DNA of 64,000 nt, taken from positions 100,750,001 to 100,814,000 of the forward strand of contig OZ024743.1 of assembly GCA_964016885.1 (NCBI GenBank), given 5' to 3'. Positions 14,414 through 29,470 of this stretch are shown one piece after another. Every line of letters begins with the position of its first letter. Position 1 is the stretch's first letter. The stretch is from Eledone cirrhosa (lineage: Eukaryota). The notes under the pieces are model-generated. The model saw only the letters and a list, made by a program, of their open reading frames with translations. It was not told where the DNA came from and ran no database searches. The translations under genes and the position numbers were made by a program.

Positions 14414-14590
14414 CGAGGGTAGGGCTGAAAGCTTCATAGGCTGACTATGAAATCTTGCATGCATTAATTTCAACACATTTTATTAATAACTGCATTGTTT
14501 CTTTCCAGGGACTTGTTGAAAAATATACCTCATTTTGGTCATTCCATGAGAGTATCTTGATCAGTCTATGAACTTTTCAGTCACCTCTCT
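14414..14590. mobile_element. Mariner-like MITE
   Basis: Imperfect TIRs cgagggtagggctgaaagcttcataggctga / tcagtctatgaacttttcagtcacctctc. Confidence 0.6.
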
Positions 14591-15814
14591 AAGTAATGCG
14601 TGATACTTATTCTTGCTTAAAACGCTTCTTACACTCTAACAGGGGCCGGTGTAGTCAAGGCGCGTGGCCTAATGGTTAGGAGTAATGGGTTCGAATCTCG
14701 AAGCAGGTGGCGCGTTTAATGTTGCTTTAGTGCGTTCAGTCGAGAGACGAAATACCACCATCAGCAGTAACCAGAAGTTAACTCTACAATCGATAGGTGT
14801 CCCATCTAAAGAAAGGAATCTTGAGCTCTCAATCACTTAACGCCAACCCACCAAGGTATCAACTTGGTGAAATTCTTGGCTTGTGATAGTCTTTAACATT
14901 TTAAGGCGTTGACACACTGAATCACGTCTCGCGTACATCAGTACGCCAACACCTACCTGATTTATCTTAAGCCATGGTATATCTGAATTAGTTCCCTTAG
15001 CTCTACCATTTTCACCTTTATCCTTTGTTGACAATAATAATGGTTTCGGATTTAGGCACAAGGTCAGCAATTTGTTTAGTGGAGGGGAAAGTCGATTAAA
15101 TCGACCCCAGTGCGTGACTGGTACTTTATTTTATCGACCCCGTAAGGATGAAAGGCAAAGCTAATCTCGATGGGATTTGAACTCAGAATGTAAAGGGTCA
15201 TAAATCTATGCTGCATTGTCCGACGCTCTACCGATACTGCCAATTCACCACCCTTTGTTGACAAATATAACCAGTGCATAATTTCTCTCATTCCTACATC
15301 TAATTAGCCGTGTTAGTCTAGTCAGCTTCGCTGAGGAGATCTGATAGGATCAGAATACGTCCGCTGTGAAATATGTCCAAGTTGGTTTGAAATCAAGGTC
15401 CACTGCCACTGCATTGTCTTAAATTGTTCCAAAAGACTTGGACCAGTTCTATATGACTTCTCTCCTGTGCTCGATTTTCGTTATGTGAACACCCCTGAAG
15501 GGAGTTTCGAGTTGTTTATAAGTTGGTTCTAATTTACTCAGTTGAGAATTTAATTTGATATTCAATAGCATTCTTTACCTTTAGAAATTAAAATTTTTAA
15601 ATGACTAGAAGCCCAAATATAAATATATATATATAAAAAGGGTGGGGGCAGCATGCAGTCCTGTTAAGTAAACACGGGGATCCACTATTTGTAGCCCAAT
15701 CTAACAAACATGTTCCAAGTTGCCAATGTGAGATTGACAAGTCATGTTTCCTCCCTTCTCTCACATAAAATCTTGCATAAGGGCACACGTACTGTCATTC
15801 CTCCTCAGAGTAAG

Positions 15815-15876
<62 letters not shown>

Positions 15877-15879
<3 letters not shown>

Positions 15880-16530
15880 AACCAGTAAGACCCCGACAGC
15901 TGAGCTCAAGCCGTTTCGACGGCTAATTCTGGACTCCCCCTCCCCTGTATCTTCTTTGACCTCATGCCCAGCTGTAGCTGGCACTACCAACGCTTGATTG
16001 GGTCTACTCCACCCCCTCCCCTCTTTCTCCTACTGGCAGGTTTAGCCACCATCTCCCCTACTAATTTGCAACCACAGAGTTACTACTGATTTTTGACAAT
16101 CACTTTGACCATATATGGAATTACCCCTTGAGAAGATCGGCTATTTAAATACCAGGATAAATTTTCATTTAGTCCAGAATTAGCCGTCGAAACGGCTTGA
16201 GCTCAGCTGTCGGGGTCTTACTGGTTCCTATTACCCACTCTACTACCTCAAGTATTGAGTACTTTGGTGCGTTATGGTCCACCTGGTTCCTTACCACATT
16301 TCCTTCGTTATATATATATATATATATAGGAACGAGTAGAACCCAGACGGCTGAGCTCAAGCCGTTTCGACGGCTAATTCTGGACTTTTTAGTCCAGAAT
16401 TAGCCGTCGAAACGGCTTGAGCTCAGCCGTCTGGGTTCTACTCGTTCCTATTACCCACTCTAATACCCTAAGTATTGAGTACTTTGGTGCGTTATGGTCC
16501 ACCTGGTTCCTTACCACATTTCCTTCGTTA
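15877..16530. mobile_element. Family A element: Penelope-like pLTR in tandem and inverted arrangement inside (TA)n
   Basis: Inverted short arm 15877-15925, unique part, hammerhead, tail to 16310, (TA)n, then palindrome 16326-16451 and a second tail to 16530. Confidence 0.75.
16123..16216 (+). ncRNA. Type I hammerhead ribozyme, U3:A8 core variant, GUC site (family A)
   Basis: acccc-TTGAGAA-ga(t)cggcta...tagccgtc-GAAA-cggct-tgagctc-agctg-TC-ggggt; stems I, II and III all pair; predicted cut after 16211. Confidence 0.8.
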
Positions 16531-16795
16531 TATATATATATATATGGTATTTTCCGTAGTGTTGTAATATGAATATTTGTTTCTACTTTAGGCACACGGC
16601 CAGCAATAACCCAGTTCATTACTGGTACTTTATTTTATCGACCCCGTAAGGATGAAAGGCAAGAATATTACACACAGTAGATGGACAGCTCACGTAGGGT
16701 TTGCTCGACAGTTCCAGTTGTAGTTTCAAAAGTAATCCGGAGAAAATAGAAGGATTTAAATGGATACAGTTCAGTAAAAGGAATTTATTGACACC

Positions 16796-16871
<76 letters not shown>

Positions 16872-16997
16872 GAAAACATTGTTTCCTCGGTCCGAAAGTC
16901 GATCGATCCTTTTATATATATATATACAAAGTAAGCTATATATATATATATATATATACAGAGTAAGCTATATATATATATATATATACAGAGTAAG

Positions 16998-17034
<37 letters not shown>

Positions 17035-17495
17035 CTATATATATATAAAAGAAAAATAAATTCATTCTTTTGTTTGTCCCAGTATAAGAAATCAATATAA
17101 AATGTGTTGCACCGTTAGATCCCAAGATCTGAGGTAAAAGATTCGCAAATGGTCAAATATTGGATGTTATTGCCTCAACATAAAGATTTCTTTGATAAAA
17201 CAACAGCAACAACAACACAGCAAAATGAGTTCGTTTTAGTAGCGTGTTGGGATGTGTATGAATGTGTGTGTATGTGTGTGTGTGTAGGTGTGTATGTATG
17301 TGTATGTGTGTGTGTATCGCTTTCTTACACCTCCTCACTTTCTACATATTTTCTAGTTATCACTACCCTTACTTGTTCTTTGTGCACCGACATTTTTTTA
17401 GTCTTCTCTATCTTTCTCATTGCATAAATTTCTATCACTTCCACACTACATGATTATATAGACACACACACACATATATATATACAGTATATATA

Positions 17496-17541
<46 letters not shown>

Positions 17542-17548
17542 TATATAG

Positions 17549-17589
<41 letters not shown>

Positions 17590-17743
17590 CACACAGACAC
17601 ACATATAAATATATACACACCTATAGATTCAGGACCCCGACGGCTGAGCTCCGGCCTTTTCGACAGCTATATATGTATATATATATATATATATACACAT
17701 ATATATACATACACACCCACATATATATATATACATACACACG

Positions 17744-18012
<269 letters not shown>

Positions 18013-18718
18013 CTAACAGCTTTTCTAGTTGGTTGATGTCGGGTTAACCCAGAACAAATGCAATTCCAATCATAACATTCCATCTGGAAAGATCTCTTTA
18101 TGATCCCATTAGAACGCTACTTGCTGCTCTTTTCTGACCAACAAACAGCCGCCATTTTAAATCTCACCTAAAACTAACTAAACGTCAAGCAGACACAGAA
18201 ATTTAGGCACGCATGTATGTGTGTGTGTGTGTGTGTGTGTGCGTATGCGTCTGTGTACGTATATGTGTGTGTGTGTACGTATATATGTGTGCGCGCGCGC
18301 GCACGTGTGTGTGTGTGTGTGTGCACGTATGTGTGTGTATGTATGTATGTATTTGTGTACGTATGTATGTTTGTGTTGTATGTAAGTATGTATGTTTGTG
18401 TTGTATGTATGTATGTATGTTTGTGTTGTATGTATATGTGTGCGTGCGTGTGTGCCCGTATGTATGGATGGGTATGCATATATGTCCATGTGTTTTCGTA
18501 TAGTATATGTGTGTGTGTGTTTTAGTACAGTATATGTAGGTGTGTGTGTGTGTGTGTTTTAGTATAGTATATATATGTGTGTGTGTGTGTTTTAGTATAG
18601 TATATGTGTGTGTGTGTGTGTGCTTTAGTACAGTATATGTATGTGTGTGTGTTTTAGTACAGTATATGTATGTGTGTGTTTTAGTATAGTATGTGTGTGT
18701 GTGTGTGTTTTAGTATAG

Positions 18719-18749
<31 letters not shown>

Positions 18750-19027
18750 TTTAGTATAGGATATGTGTGTGTTTTAGTATAGTATGTGTGTGTGTTTTAG
18801 TATAGTATATGTATGTGTGTGTGAGGAATAATGCAAGAGGCGTGTAAGAAATGGCAATGGTTGATGTTAAAAGATTAAGAGGAAATATAGTTTTAGTGCA
18901 GCAAATGGCAACATTACGAACTGGAACATAAGCGGCGGCATTGAGGCAAAACGAAACAAAAGAATAAACAAAATGAAAAGAATACACAAACAACACGGAT
19001 TACACTCTTTATTGTATGATCAGTTAC

Positions 19028-19073
<46 letters not shown>

Positions 19074-19889
19074 TGGTCCACCCCACGCCGTACTTTTGGT
19101 GGTGCATTAATTTTGGTCTAGTGCATTGTTGTTTTATTAAGTGTAGAGGTTGGACGAGGGCAAAAACTGAAATGCGGCACAAACTTAGGCCACTGCGTAT
19201 AATGTTTATTATATAGAAATTCAGTGCTTTGAGTTCCTGAGTTGAAAGTACACTGAGTGTTGATTTTACTACATCAATAAAAGTAATCTCTAATTGTAGA
19301 GATCTACTAGAGTCTCCAATAGTCGCTCGAATTGCTATAATTAACAGCCAAATTTCCCTTAAATCATGCCCCACCGTCGTAAGAAAAGACACATTCCACA
19401 ATCTTTCTCTCTTTCACCCCCCCACACCCACACACAATCTATAAGATGGTTACAGGTGGAATAACTTGGATCATAGGTCTGATCGATTAGAGCTGACCCG
19501 GGGCGAGAATTGATCACAACCTCTAGCTGGTGAAAAGAAGCTACTTACACAGTATCTAACCTTTGGTTCTGCCATCTCAACCACAAAACAAACTCACTCA
19601 ATGCACCTTCCTCTGAGTTTCACTCCTCGTTAGTAATACATTTCTCTGTTGTCTGCTCCCTAGTCGAACTTAATGGTAGTACCGGCCCTTGTCCTCAACT
19701 ACCAGTACTAAATTCTTCATCTAATTTTGTTTCCACAGAAGTGTATTTTAAGTACTCCAAGATATTTTGTTGACTTCCAACATACATATTAGCAGACCTC
19801 CTACAAACATCTACCAACAGAAGTTCAAGTTAAACTTTAAAAAGTCCCCGCCTTCTCATGTTTTTAATAATGCCACTTTGACCAATCTC

Positions 19890-19984
<95 letters not shown>

Positions 19985-20124
19985 TATATCAGGAAAAGAT
20001 TCTTAACGTTTCAGACTAGAAAAAAAGGAGCGAGCAAAAAAAACAAAAAACACGTGCGTATACAGGCAGCCATTTTGATATTTATAAAATACGTACATAT
20101 ATATATATAAATACACACACACAC

Positions 20125-20233
<109 letters not shown>

Positions 20234-21149
20234 TGTGTGCGTATGTGTGTGTGTTCAGTGCATACCATACATATACATACTTCTGTTTATTTAAAAAGTC
20301 TTTTATCGTTTTCAATCATTTGACTGTGGTTACGCTACTGCACCGCCATGAACGGATTTTAATCGATCATATCGAACCCAGTATTTATTTATGGCTGTTA
20401 TTTCTTTCATAGATCTCTCTAATTTATTGAATTAACTGTTTAGCATAAAACGACACAATTCGACACACGGCTTTACAGCGGTAAACTTAATAGTTACACA
20501 CAATATGCGCGCGCATTTATAAACTGGTATGTTGTATTAGGAAATATGACGTTTAGCTGGAGGAAAAGAGGAGAACACCATGGGAAAACATTTCTTTCGC
20601 TACATATACAGGGTGTATTTTTGGGGACACCCTGTATAGTGAAAGAAATGTTTTTCCCACCGTGTTCTCTTTTTCACTTACTGATACGGCCACCAAGAAG
20701 TGACCTGCGATCTCACAGAGAAGACAATAGATAAATTCTCCTGAAGATAGGAATTACGGCACCATTCTTGGGCCATCTGTTATCTATCAAAAATAACTAG
20801 CCATCATTAAAGATAGGCTGTCCTGTGGTTCACTCAGTCATCTGCCTCTTCTCTGAGACAACATAGTTCCCCTGTTACTGTACAACAGAACCTCACCAAT
20901 AGATCTTACTATTACCTCTGATACATACTGTCTGACTACAACTTGTCACTTTTAAAGAGAACAGTGCATGGTAAACAAAGAGACTCCTTATTGAAACACT
21001 ATATTCATTTGTGACTATTACAATCAAACTTTTTATTTACCATTCAAAGTAATCACTTTTTTTTTTCCTTTTTGGTAAAGTTATAAATTCAACCAGAATT
21101 ATTGGTATTTGTCGTGTTTATCATCCTCTTGCCACAACCAAAACTTTGC

Positions 21150-22219
<1,070 letters not shown>

Positions 22220-23680
22220 TCAGTGGCTTTCCCCTTACAATTTAAAGATATATATATGTATTCACTGTTTTAAATAAATATAAATAAAATGTGACTTATT
22301 CTCTGTGACCTTTTCCCTGGATTTGCAGAGACAACCTTGAAAATGGAGGAGGTATTAGGTATTATGCTGAAACTACATGGACGGTGTAGGTAGCATACAA
22401 AACAAATAGCTATTATGTTAAAATAACCAGGCGCCATATTATGACAATCAAAACTTGCCGCATGAAAGTGGAAGAGCATATGATTAAAAGTAACAGGATT
22501 GGGTAGAAAATCAATGTAGAGTATGAGGACACTGCTGAACAAAGGAAACTATGAGAAAACATGTGGAAAATGGAGCCAGCTAGATGATGATTGAGCGTGA
22601 GAGCGGAATAGGAAGTGTTTCAATCTCTGGTCAATATCAGATGGTGAGGATAGAGTGACATTGCTAATTGTCCACCAGTACAGAAAGTATGTATTGTTGG
22701 AACATGTTCTGGTAGCACAGAAGTTATTTCTTGGTTACCTAACTGAATCTCAAGTATCATCTTGTTTTCCACAAGACTGACAACAAACAACAAAGTAGGA
22801 TGATAAACTAAGGAAATCCGAGGCCTAGACTTTTCGATGGTGCAAATAGATATGAAGGAAGAGCTGCAATAATGATACAACACCGTGATTTTGACATGGT
22901 CTTCACATTTACTTCACTTTTCCCCCTCGAAGCTCCAGGGTCGTGGGAGCACTGCATTATATCTTGAGGTAATACAACTCGATAAGAACCTATCCCAACC
23001 CGGGTTTGATGACGACTGATATCCTCCAGTTGGGTAGTTTGCTCTGACCGTTGATTCTAAAGAGAGAAATTCATCCGACCAGCAATTATGATATGGTCTT
23101 TACTTGACAGACCATTCCTGATTGTTGCCTTGACGCTGCCTGAGAAGATATTGATAGATAAATCAGCGAATTGGGTTGTTAGGACGTCGGATTAGGAATG
23201 CAACTGTATTTGTTCCAGTTTACAGCACTATGAGTTGATAAATAAAGTCCATGACTAGTTTCGACAAACACACTCTTTTTCTCTGGAAGAAATCAGCTGT
23301 GTTCCGATCTGGAGAGGGGTATGTATTCTGACAAGTTTAAAGTACCCAAGACACCCCTTCAAGAGTTAAGGACACTTTATACTTTCTTCATAACAAACAG
23401 GTCTAAAATATGCAGGATTTAAAGGACTCGTGCGAGGTAGGAAGCTGACAGTATTTTGTGCTTCTATTAGAAGTGAAATATCAAGGGTTTCGCAGTTAAA
23501 ACAATATGTTGACTAAGAAAGAACATCAGAACAGTGATATTGATATGGCAGATGTGAGAGACTAAAGAAGAAACCATCAGTGAGTAGTTAAATTGTTGAT
23601 GCATGGAATAAAACTGCAGTTTGTTGTGGTTACTGTATTAACATGTGTTAAAAGAACCTGGCTAATACCTTGTGTTACTA

Positions 23681-23791
<111 letters not shown>

Positions 23792-23865
23792 GAGAGAGAG
23801 AGAGAGAGAGAGAGAGACTGTCGAGTGGTACCGAAATCTTTGGGATCTCCAAATCAGCTGTGTGT

Positions 23866-23907
<42 letters not shown>

Positions 23908-23963
23908 GTGTGTAGAGGGTTAAACTAATATAGAGTTGTAATGTCTTGTTTTTGTTGCTGCTC

Positions 23964-24011
<48 letters not shown>

Positions 24012-24140
24012 GAAGTTCTATTTAAATTGTTGGGATACAACAAGCAAATATTTTTATAACTGATATAAAGCACCCAACAAATTATTGGAGTAAAAATACG
24101 ATATATTAACAAATGGAATCTATATTTATAAAACCGTATT

Positions 24141-24205
24141 TATTTCATTATACATATTTCAAGGACACCAAGTTAAATTATGGTGTGCTTTCATCAGATA
24201 AAATA
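24141..24205 (-). ncRNA. Minimal type I hammerhead, canonical core, AUA site (family C)
   Basis: Minus: tattttat-CTGATGA-aagcacacca..tggtgtcctt-GAAA-tatgta-TA-atgaaata; 8-bp stem I and self-complementary stem III AUAUGUAU. Confidence 0.8.
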
Positions 24206-24297
24206 TAATATAGATCAGTTTTATAAATAAAGATAAATACATATTGACATACCCTTAAAGAATGCGACCATGTCAATATTTATTTATTTTTATTTAG

Positions 24298-24488
24298 GGC
24301 GGTGGATTGGCAGTATCGGTAGAGGGTCGGACGCCATGCTTTCCAGCATAGTTACGTCCCCTTTACGATCTGAGTTCAAATCCCCGCCGAGGTTGACTTT
24401 GCCTTTCATCCTTACGGGGGTCGATAAAATAAAGTACCAGTAATGCACTGGATAATTGCTGACCTTGTGCCAAAAGTAGAAACAATTA
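24298..24488 (+). mobile_element. tRNA-derived SINE, full length
   Basis: A box, B box and core as in 8821-9010. Confidence 0.9.
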
Positions 24489-24550
24489 TATTTTATCTGA
24501 TGAAAAGCACACCATAATTTAACTTGGTGTCCTTGAAATATGTATAATGA
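24489..24550 (+). ncRNA. Family C hammerhead, inverted duplicate
   Basis: CTGATGA 24497-24503, GAAA 24535-24538; stem I 3' strand truncated by (TA)n. Confidence 0.65.
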
Positions 24551-24650
24551 TATATATACATATATATATAGTATATATATGAGCAGCAACAAAAACAAGA
24601 CATTACAACTCTATATTAGTTTAACCCTCTACACACATATATATATAATA

Positions 24651-25035
24651 TAATTGTTTCTACTTTTGGCACAAGGCCAGCAATTACTCAGTGCATTACT
24701 GGTACTTTATTTTATCGACCCCGTAAGGATCAAAGGCAAAGTCAACCTCGGCGGGATTTGAACTCAGATGATAAAGGGGACGTAACTCTATGCTTCAAAG
24801 CATGGCGTCCAACTCTCTACCGATACTGCCAATCCACATATATATATATATATATATATAATTGTTTCTACTTTAGGCACAATTGCCAGCAATTACTCAG
24901 TGCATTACTGGTACTTTATTTTATCGACCCCGTAAGGATGAAAGGCAAAGTCAACCTCGGCGGGATTTGAACTCAGATCGTAAAGGGACGTAACTATGCT
25001 GAAAAGCATGGCGTCCGACCCTCTAACCGATACTG
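24651..25035 (-). mobile_element. Two tandem tRNA-derived SINE copies separated by (TA)n
   Basis: 24651-24837 and 24860-25035 match the SINE family. Confidence 0.9.
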
Positions 25036-25364
25036 AATGATGGCTGTCCTCTCTATTTCATGTGAAGACCCCCTCCCTCTCCTCGGATTTGTGTCATATG
25101 GACATACAGACAGAAAGTACATTATCATTTCTGTGCATTCTTTCAAGTATTATTGCTACAATCAGTGCTAGAAGCAATCGGAGTACCCCCCCTCCACACA
25201 AACATCGCTTCATTTTCAATATGTATAACATTTCTTTTTAATAAATATCATTGCTATGACAATGAGAGATGAAATCGATCACTACATACTAATATAGACA
25301 CATGCATATATACCAATGTGTACATGTATGTATAAATGTGTGTGTACATGTGCGTGAATATATG

Positions 25365-25398
<34 letters not shown>

Positions 25399-25496
25399 GC
25401 GTATAAACATTAATATATTTATATCTATTTATCTATCTCGATGTCACTTGCCCCCTTGTTTTTTTATGTTTGTGTGCGTGTTTAAATATGTATATT

Positions 25497-25555
<59 letters not shown>

Positions 25556-25614
25556 GTATATATATATATATGTGTGCACATATATATATATATATATATA
25601 TAATATATATATAT

Positions 25615-25645
<31 letters not shown>

Positions 25646-25667
25646 GCATATATATATGTGTGTGTTG

Positions 25668-25702
<35 letters not shown>

Positions 25703-25720
25703 GGGTGTGTGTATGTGTTG

Positions 25721-25775
<55 letters not shown>

Positions 25776-26189
25776 GCCGAACGTTCATTCACACACTCTC
25801 TCTCTCTCAAACGAGATGAAAGCTAATTTTTGCTGTTTTCTCCGAAATGCGCCACACGATCTTAATGTTTATCAATTTTATCTGTATATGTTTAGCCTTG
25901 TCACACCGTCTGCCTTTTCTATTTATCGCCTCTTTCATGTAACATTTACTCTTTTTTCGTCGTTATTGTGGTTGTTGTTATTCCACAATAAAATTTAGTT
26001 ATAGTTATATACTCTGTTATTTGTGAAATCTAAACTTCCACCCCGCCCATCTTTCTCTGTCCACACACACACACACACACGAGCTCTCTATTTCGTGCAA
26101 GTATTCGCATACACACACACACACACGAGCTCTCTATTTCGTGCAAGTATTCACACACACACACGAGCTCTCTATTTCGTGCAAGTATT

Positions 26190-26224
<35 letters not shown>

Positions 26225-26325
26225 TTCCTCTCTATTTCGTGCAAGTATTCACGCACATGCGCACATCAACACTATATTTCTTGCTAATATTCACATCCTT
26301 CTCTTGCAATGTTATCTTTCTCTCA

Positions 26326-26525
26326 NNNNNNNNNNNNNNNNNNNNNNNNNNNNNNNNNNNNNNNNNNNNNNNNNNNNNNNNNNNNNNNNNNNNNNNNNNN
26401 NNNNNNNNNNNNNNNNNNNNNNNNNNNNNNNNNNNNNNNNNNNNNNNNNNNNNNNNNNNNNNNNNNNNNNNNNNNNNNNNNNNNNNNNNNNNNNNNNNNN
26501 NNNNNNNNNNNNNNNNNNNNNNNNN
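26326..26525. other. Assembly gap (200 N)
   Basis: Run of N. Confidence 1.
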
Positions 26526-26730
26526 ATATATTTACACACACAAATGAGTGTTGGCAGGGAAGAAGAATTAATAGACTTCAAGAGAAACATTTTCATAAAA
26601 TAAAGAGAAACGCTGAAAGTAATATAAATATGGCGGAAACTCAGTTGTACTGCTTTGAAAGACACGTAGAAACACGTTGAGTTGCATATCTGTGTATATA
26701 CTAACGTGTCCATATATATACATATATACA

Positions 26731-27069
26731 CAGTTTTGCCCCGGTATTCACCGACGAAGAGTGAAAAACCGCGAATATTGGACGTGGACCATAAAAATGT
26801 CTACAAACGTCAAAATATAACGTAAAATATAATAAAAAAAGTGGAAGCGTCTTATGCGAAGGGCCGTCCAATAGGCCGGCAAAAACGGTATATTGTTATT
26901 AATAATTTAGCGTTAAAATATATATATATTGCCACGAAAAAAGCCATAAAAAATCGCGGAAGATATGTACGATTCCGCGAATATGCGGTGGTTTCCACAA
27001 ACAATTATCAGTTAGATTCTCAGGAAAATTCCGCGAATAACCGGGGCCTCGAATGTTGAGGGCATACTG
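26731..27069. mobile_element. Tigger/pogo-like MITE
   Basis: Ends cagttttgccccggtattc / gaatgttgagggcatactg|TA; homologous to 37771-38120. Confidence 0.7.
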
Positions 27070-27081
27070 TATATGTGTATA

Positions 27082-27127
<46 letters not shown>

Positions 27128-28146
27128 AAAACTTGTTTTTGCTCTTAACATGGTGGATAGCTAAGTGTATTGGTGAGTGAACAATAATAATAATAATATG
27201 ATAATATTATTAATAAGACGGTAGATTGGCAGTATCGGTAGAGCGTCAGACACCATGCTTTGCAACATCGAGTTATGGCCCTTTATGTTATTAGTTCAAA
27301 TCACTGGATTTGTCTGGAAAGTGGTAATTTGTACTTCTCCTTCTTACCTCTCTCACACAGAGTCAGTCGGAGAACAGTTAACTATCTATCTGTATATATA
27401 GATACCATCTGTCTGTCTACCTACATGTTTATCTAATTACCTACTTACCTGTTTATGTATATTTACCAATGTATCTATGTTAGGACAAGAACAAATACAA
27501 ATCTCAAGAGAAGTCCGAAGATAGACAGCTACATAGATATAATAGTCATGTCATTTATATTTGATATAATGGTTAAAGTAAATATGGAAGACAATTATTG
27601 CAATTGATTTAAATGAATGTACTATCAAATACAACAATAACTGGTGTGATTAGAGGAAAATCGAGGATTCAAGTATCTATACATAGAATGTCACCAAGGA
27701 ATTATTAAATCAATTTCTACTATAATCCACGTCATTTTTGACGGGTACTATGCTAATATATTATATATATGTATATATCTCCACAGCAAAAATAAACCAA
27801 CCACTTCAGCTTCAAAACAAATATTTCCGTAATGTTTTGTGCGCGCGCGCTTATGTGTGTGTGTGTTTGTGCTTTGGGTATATGTACGTGTGTGTGGTCG
27901 CCATCAAAAGCCTTTCCGTCTGAGTCAGAACCTATTTACTCCTTTCAATAGTTTTAAGCCTCGAAAGATGACACGTAATCAGCAGAGATCAATCAGGATT
28001 CATTCACTTTGATGTGGTGATGTAACCCCCCCCCCCTTCATCCTCACTTTTTTTTTCATAATTTTCCTTCTTTTTTCCTTTTTCATACATATCATATTTT
28101 CCAGAGTTGATGATATGCCTCTCCTATTCCACCATCTTCTGCAAAC

Positions 28147-28218
<72 letters not shown>

Positions 28219-28229
28219 CATATATATAT

Positions 28230-28332
<103 letters not shown>

Positions 28333-28337
28333 CATAC

Positions 28338-28370
<33 letters not shown>

Positions 28371-28437
28371 CATACATACATACATATATATATACATACA
28401 TACATATATATACATACATACATACATATATATTTAC

Positions 28438-28522
<85 letters not shown>

Positions 28523-28527
28523 CACAT

Positions 28528-28591
<64 letters not shown>

Positions 28592-29280
28592 CACATAACG
28601 TGTATGTATGTATATATATATAATGTATATGTATTAAAAGAAAAAGAGAGAGACGGAAGGAAGGGTGTTTCTTATGATTTCTTCACTTGAGAGGGAGCAA
28701 GCTTTGCCCTCCTGATGTTTGGCAATGTTTGTTCTTCCTTTAAGCCCCACATGTTCTCATTGCCAACACAGCACCAGTCCTTTGATGAAGTGCCTTTTGG
28801 AAATTTTGAGAACCTGTAAGGATAGTTCAAGATTTGTTTTTTTTCTTTTTTCATTTTTTCTGGCTGGTTTTTATTCCTGTGGGATATATGACTCAGAGAA
28901 AGAAGAAAGAAACAAAGAAAAGGATGAAAGACGGCGTGGATGGTGGGGGCGAAGGAAGGAAATATTTTCTTTTTCTTTCCTTTTTTGTTATATTGTGAGG
29001 CCAACTAGTTAGTTAATGACAAATGAATTAACCAGAGTGTTATTTTATCATCATCATCATCACGAGTTAAATATTAGCGTCAGAAAACATTCTTTGCGGC
29101 ATTAAGTTACGGCCATTTACCTTCTAAGTTCAAATTCCACCGAGGTTAGCTTTACCTTTCATCCTTACGGGATCGATAAAGTAAAGTACCAGTAATGCAC
29201 TGGGAGTCGATTAAATCGCCCCCCCCCCCCCACAAAATTGCTGGCCTTGTGCCTAAATCAGAAACCATTATTAAACTTAT

Positions 29281-29470
29281 CGGTGGATTGGCAGTATCGG
29301 TAGAGGGTCGAACGCCATGCTTTGACGCATAGAGTTACGGCCCTTGCCATTCTGAGTTCAAATCCCGCCGAGGTTAACTTTGCCTTTCATCCTTACGGGG
29401 TCGATAAAATAAAGTACCAGTAATGCACTGGGTAATTGCTGGCCTTGTGCCAAAAAGAAGAAACAATTAT
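29281..29470 (+). mobile_element. tRNA-derived SINE, full length
   Basis: A box, B box, core and tail intact. Confidence 0.9.

Noticed and set aside
15323-15366. Hammerhead-like CTGAGGA-gatc-tgatag-gatc-AGAA-tacg-TC
   Set aside because: GAAA is absent (AGAA) and stem I is only about 2 bp; decayed or chance.
18146-18158. YY1/Kozak-like AAAATGGCGGCTG as the gene start (minus strand)
   Set aside because: The frame stops after 12 codons; a lone motif is insufficient.
22300-23400. Possible decayed LINE or exon
   Set aside because: No recognisable motif could be read with confidence.
29281-29370. tRNA genes
   Set aside because: The A and B boxes belong to SINE heads; no complete cloverleaf.
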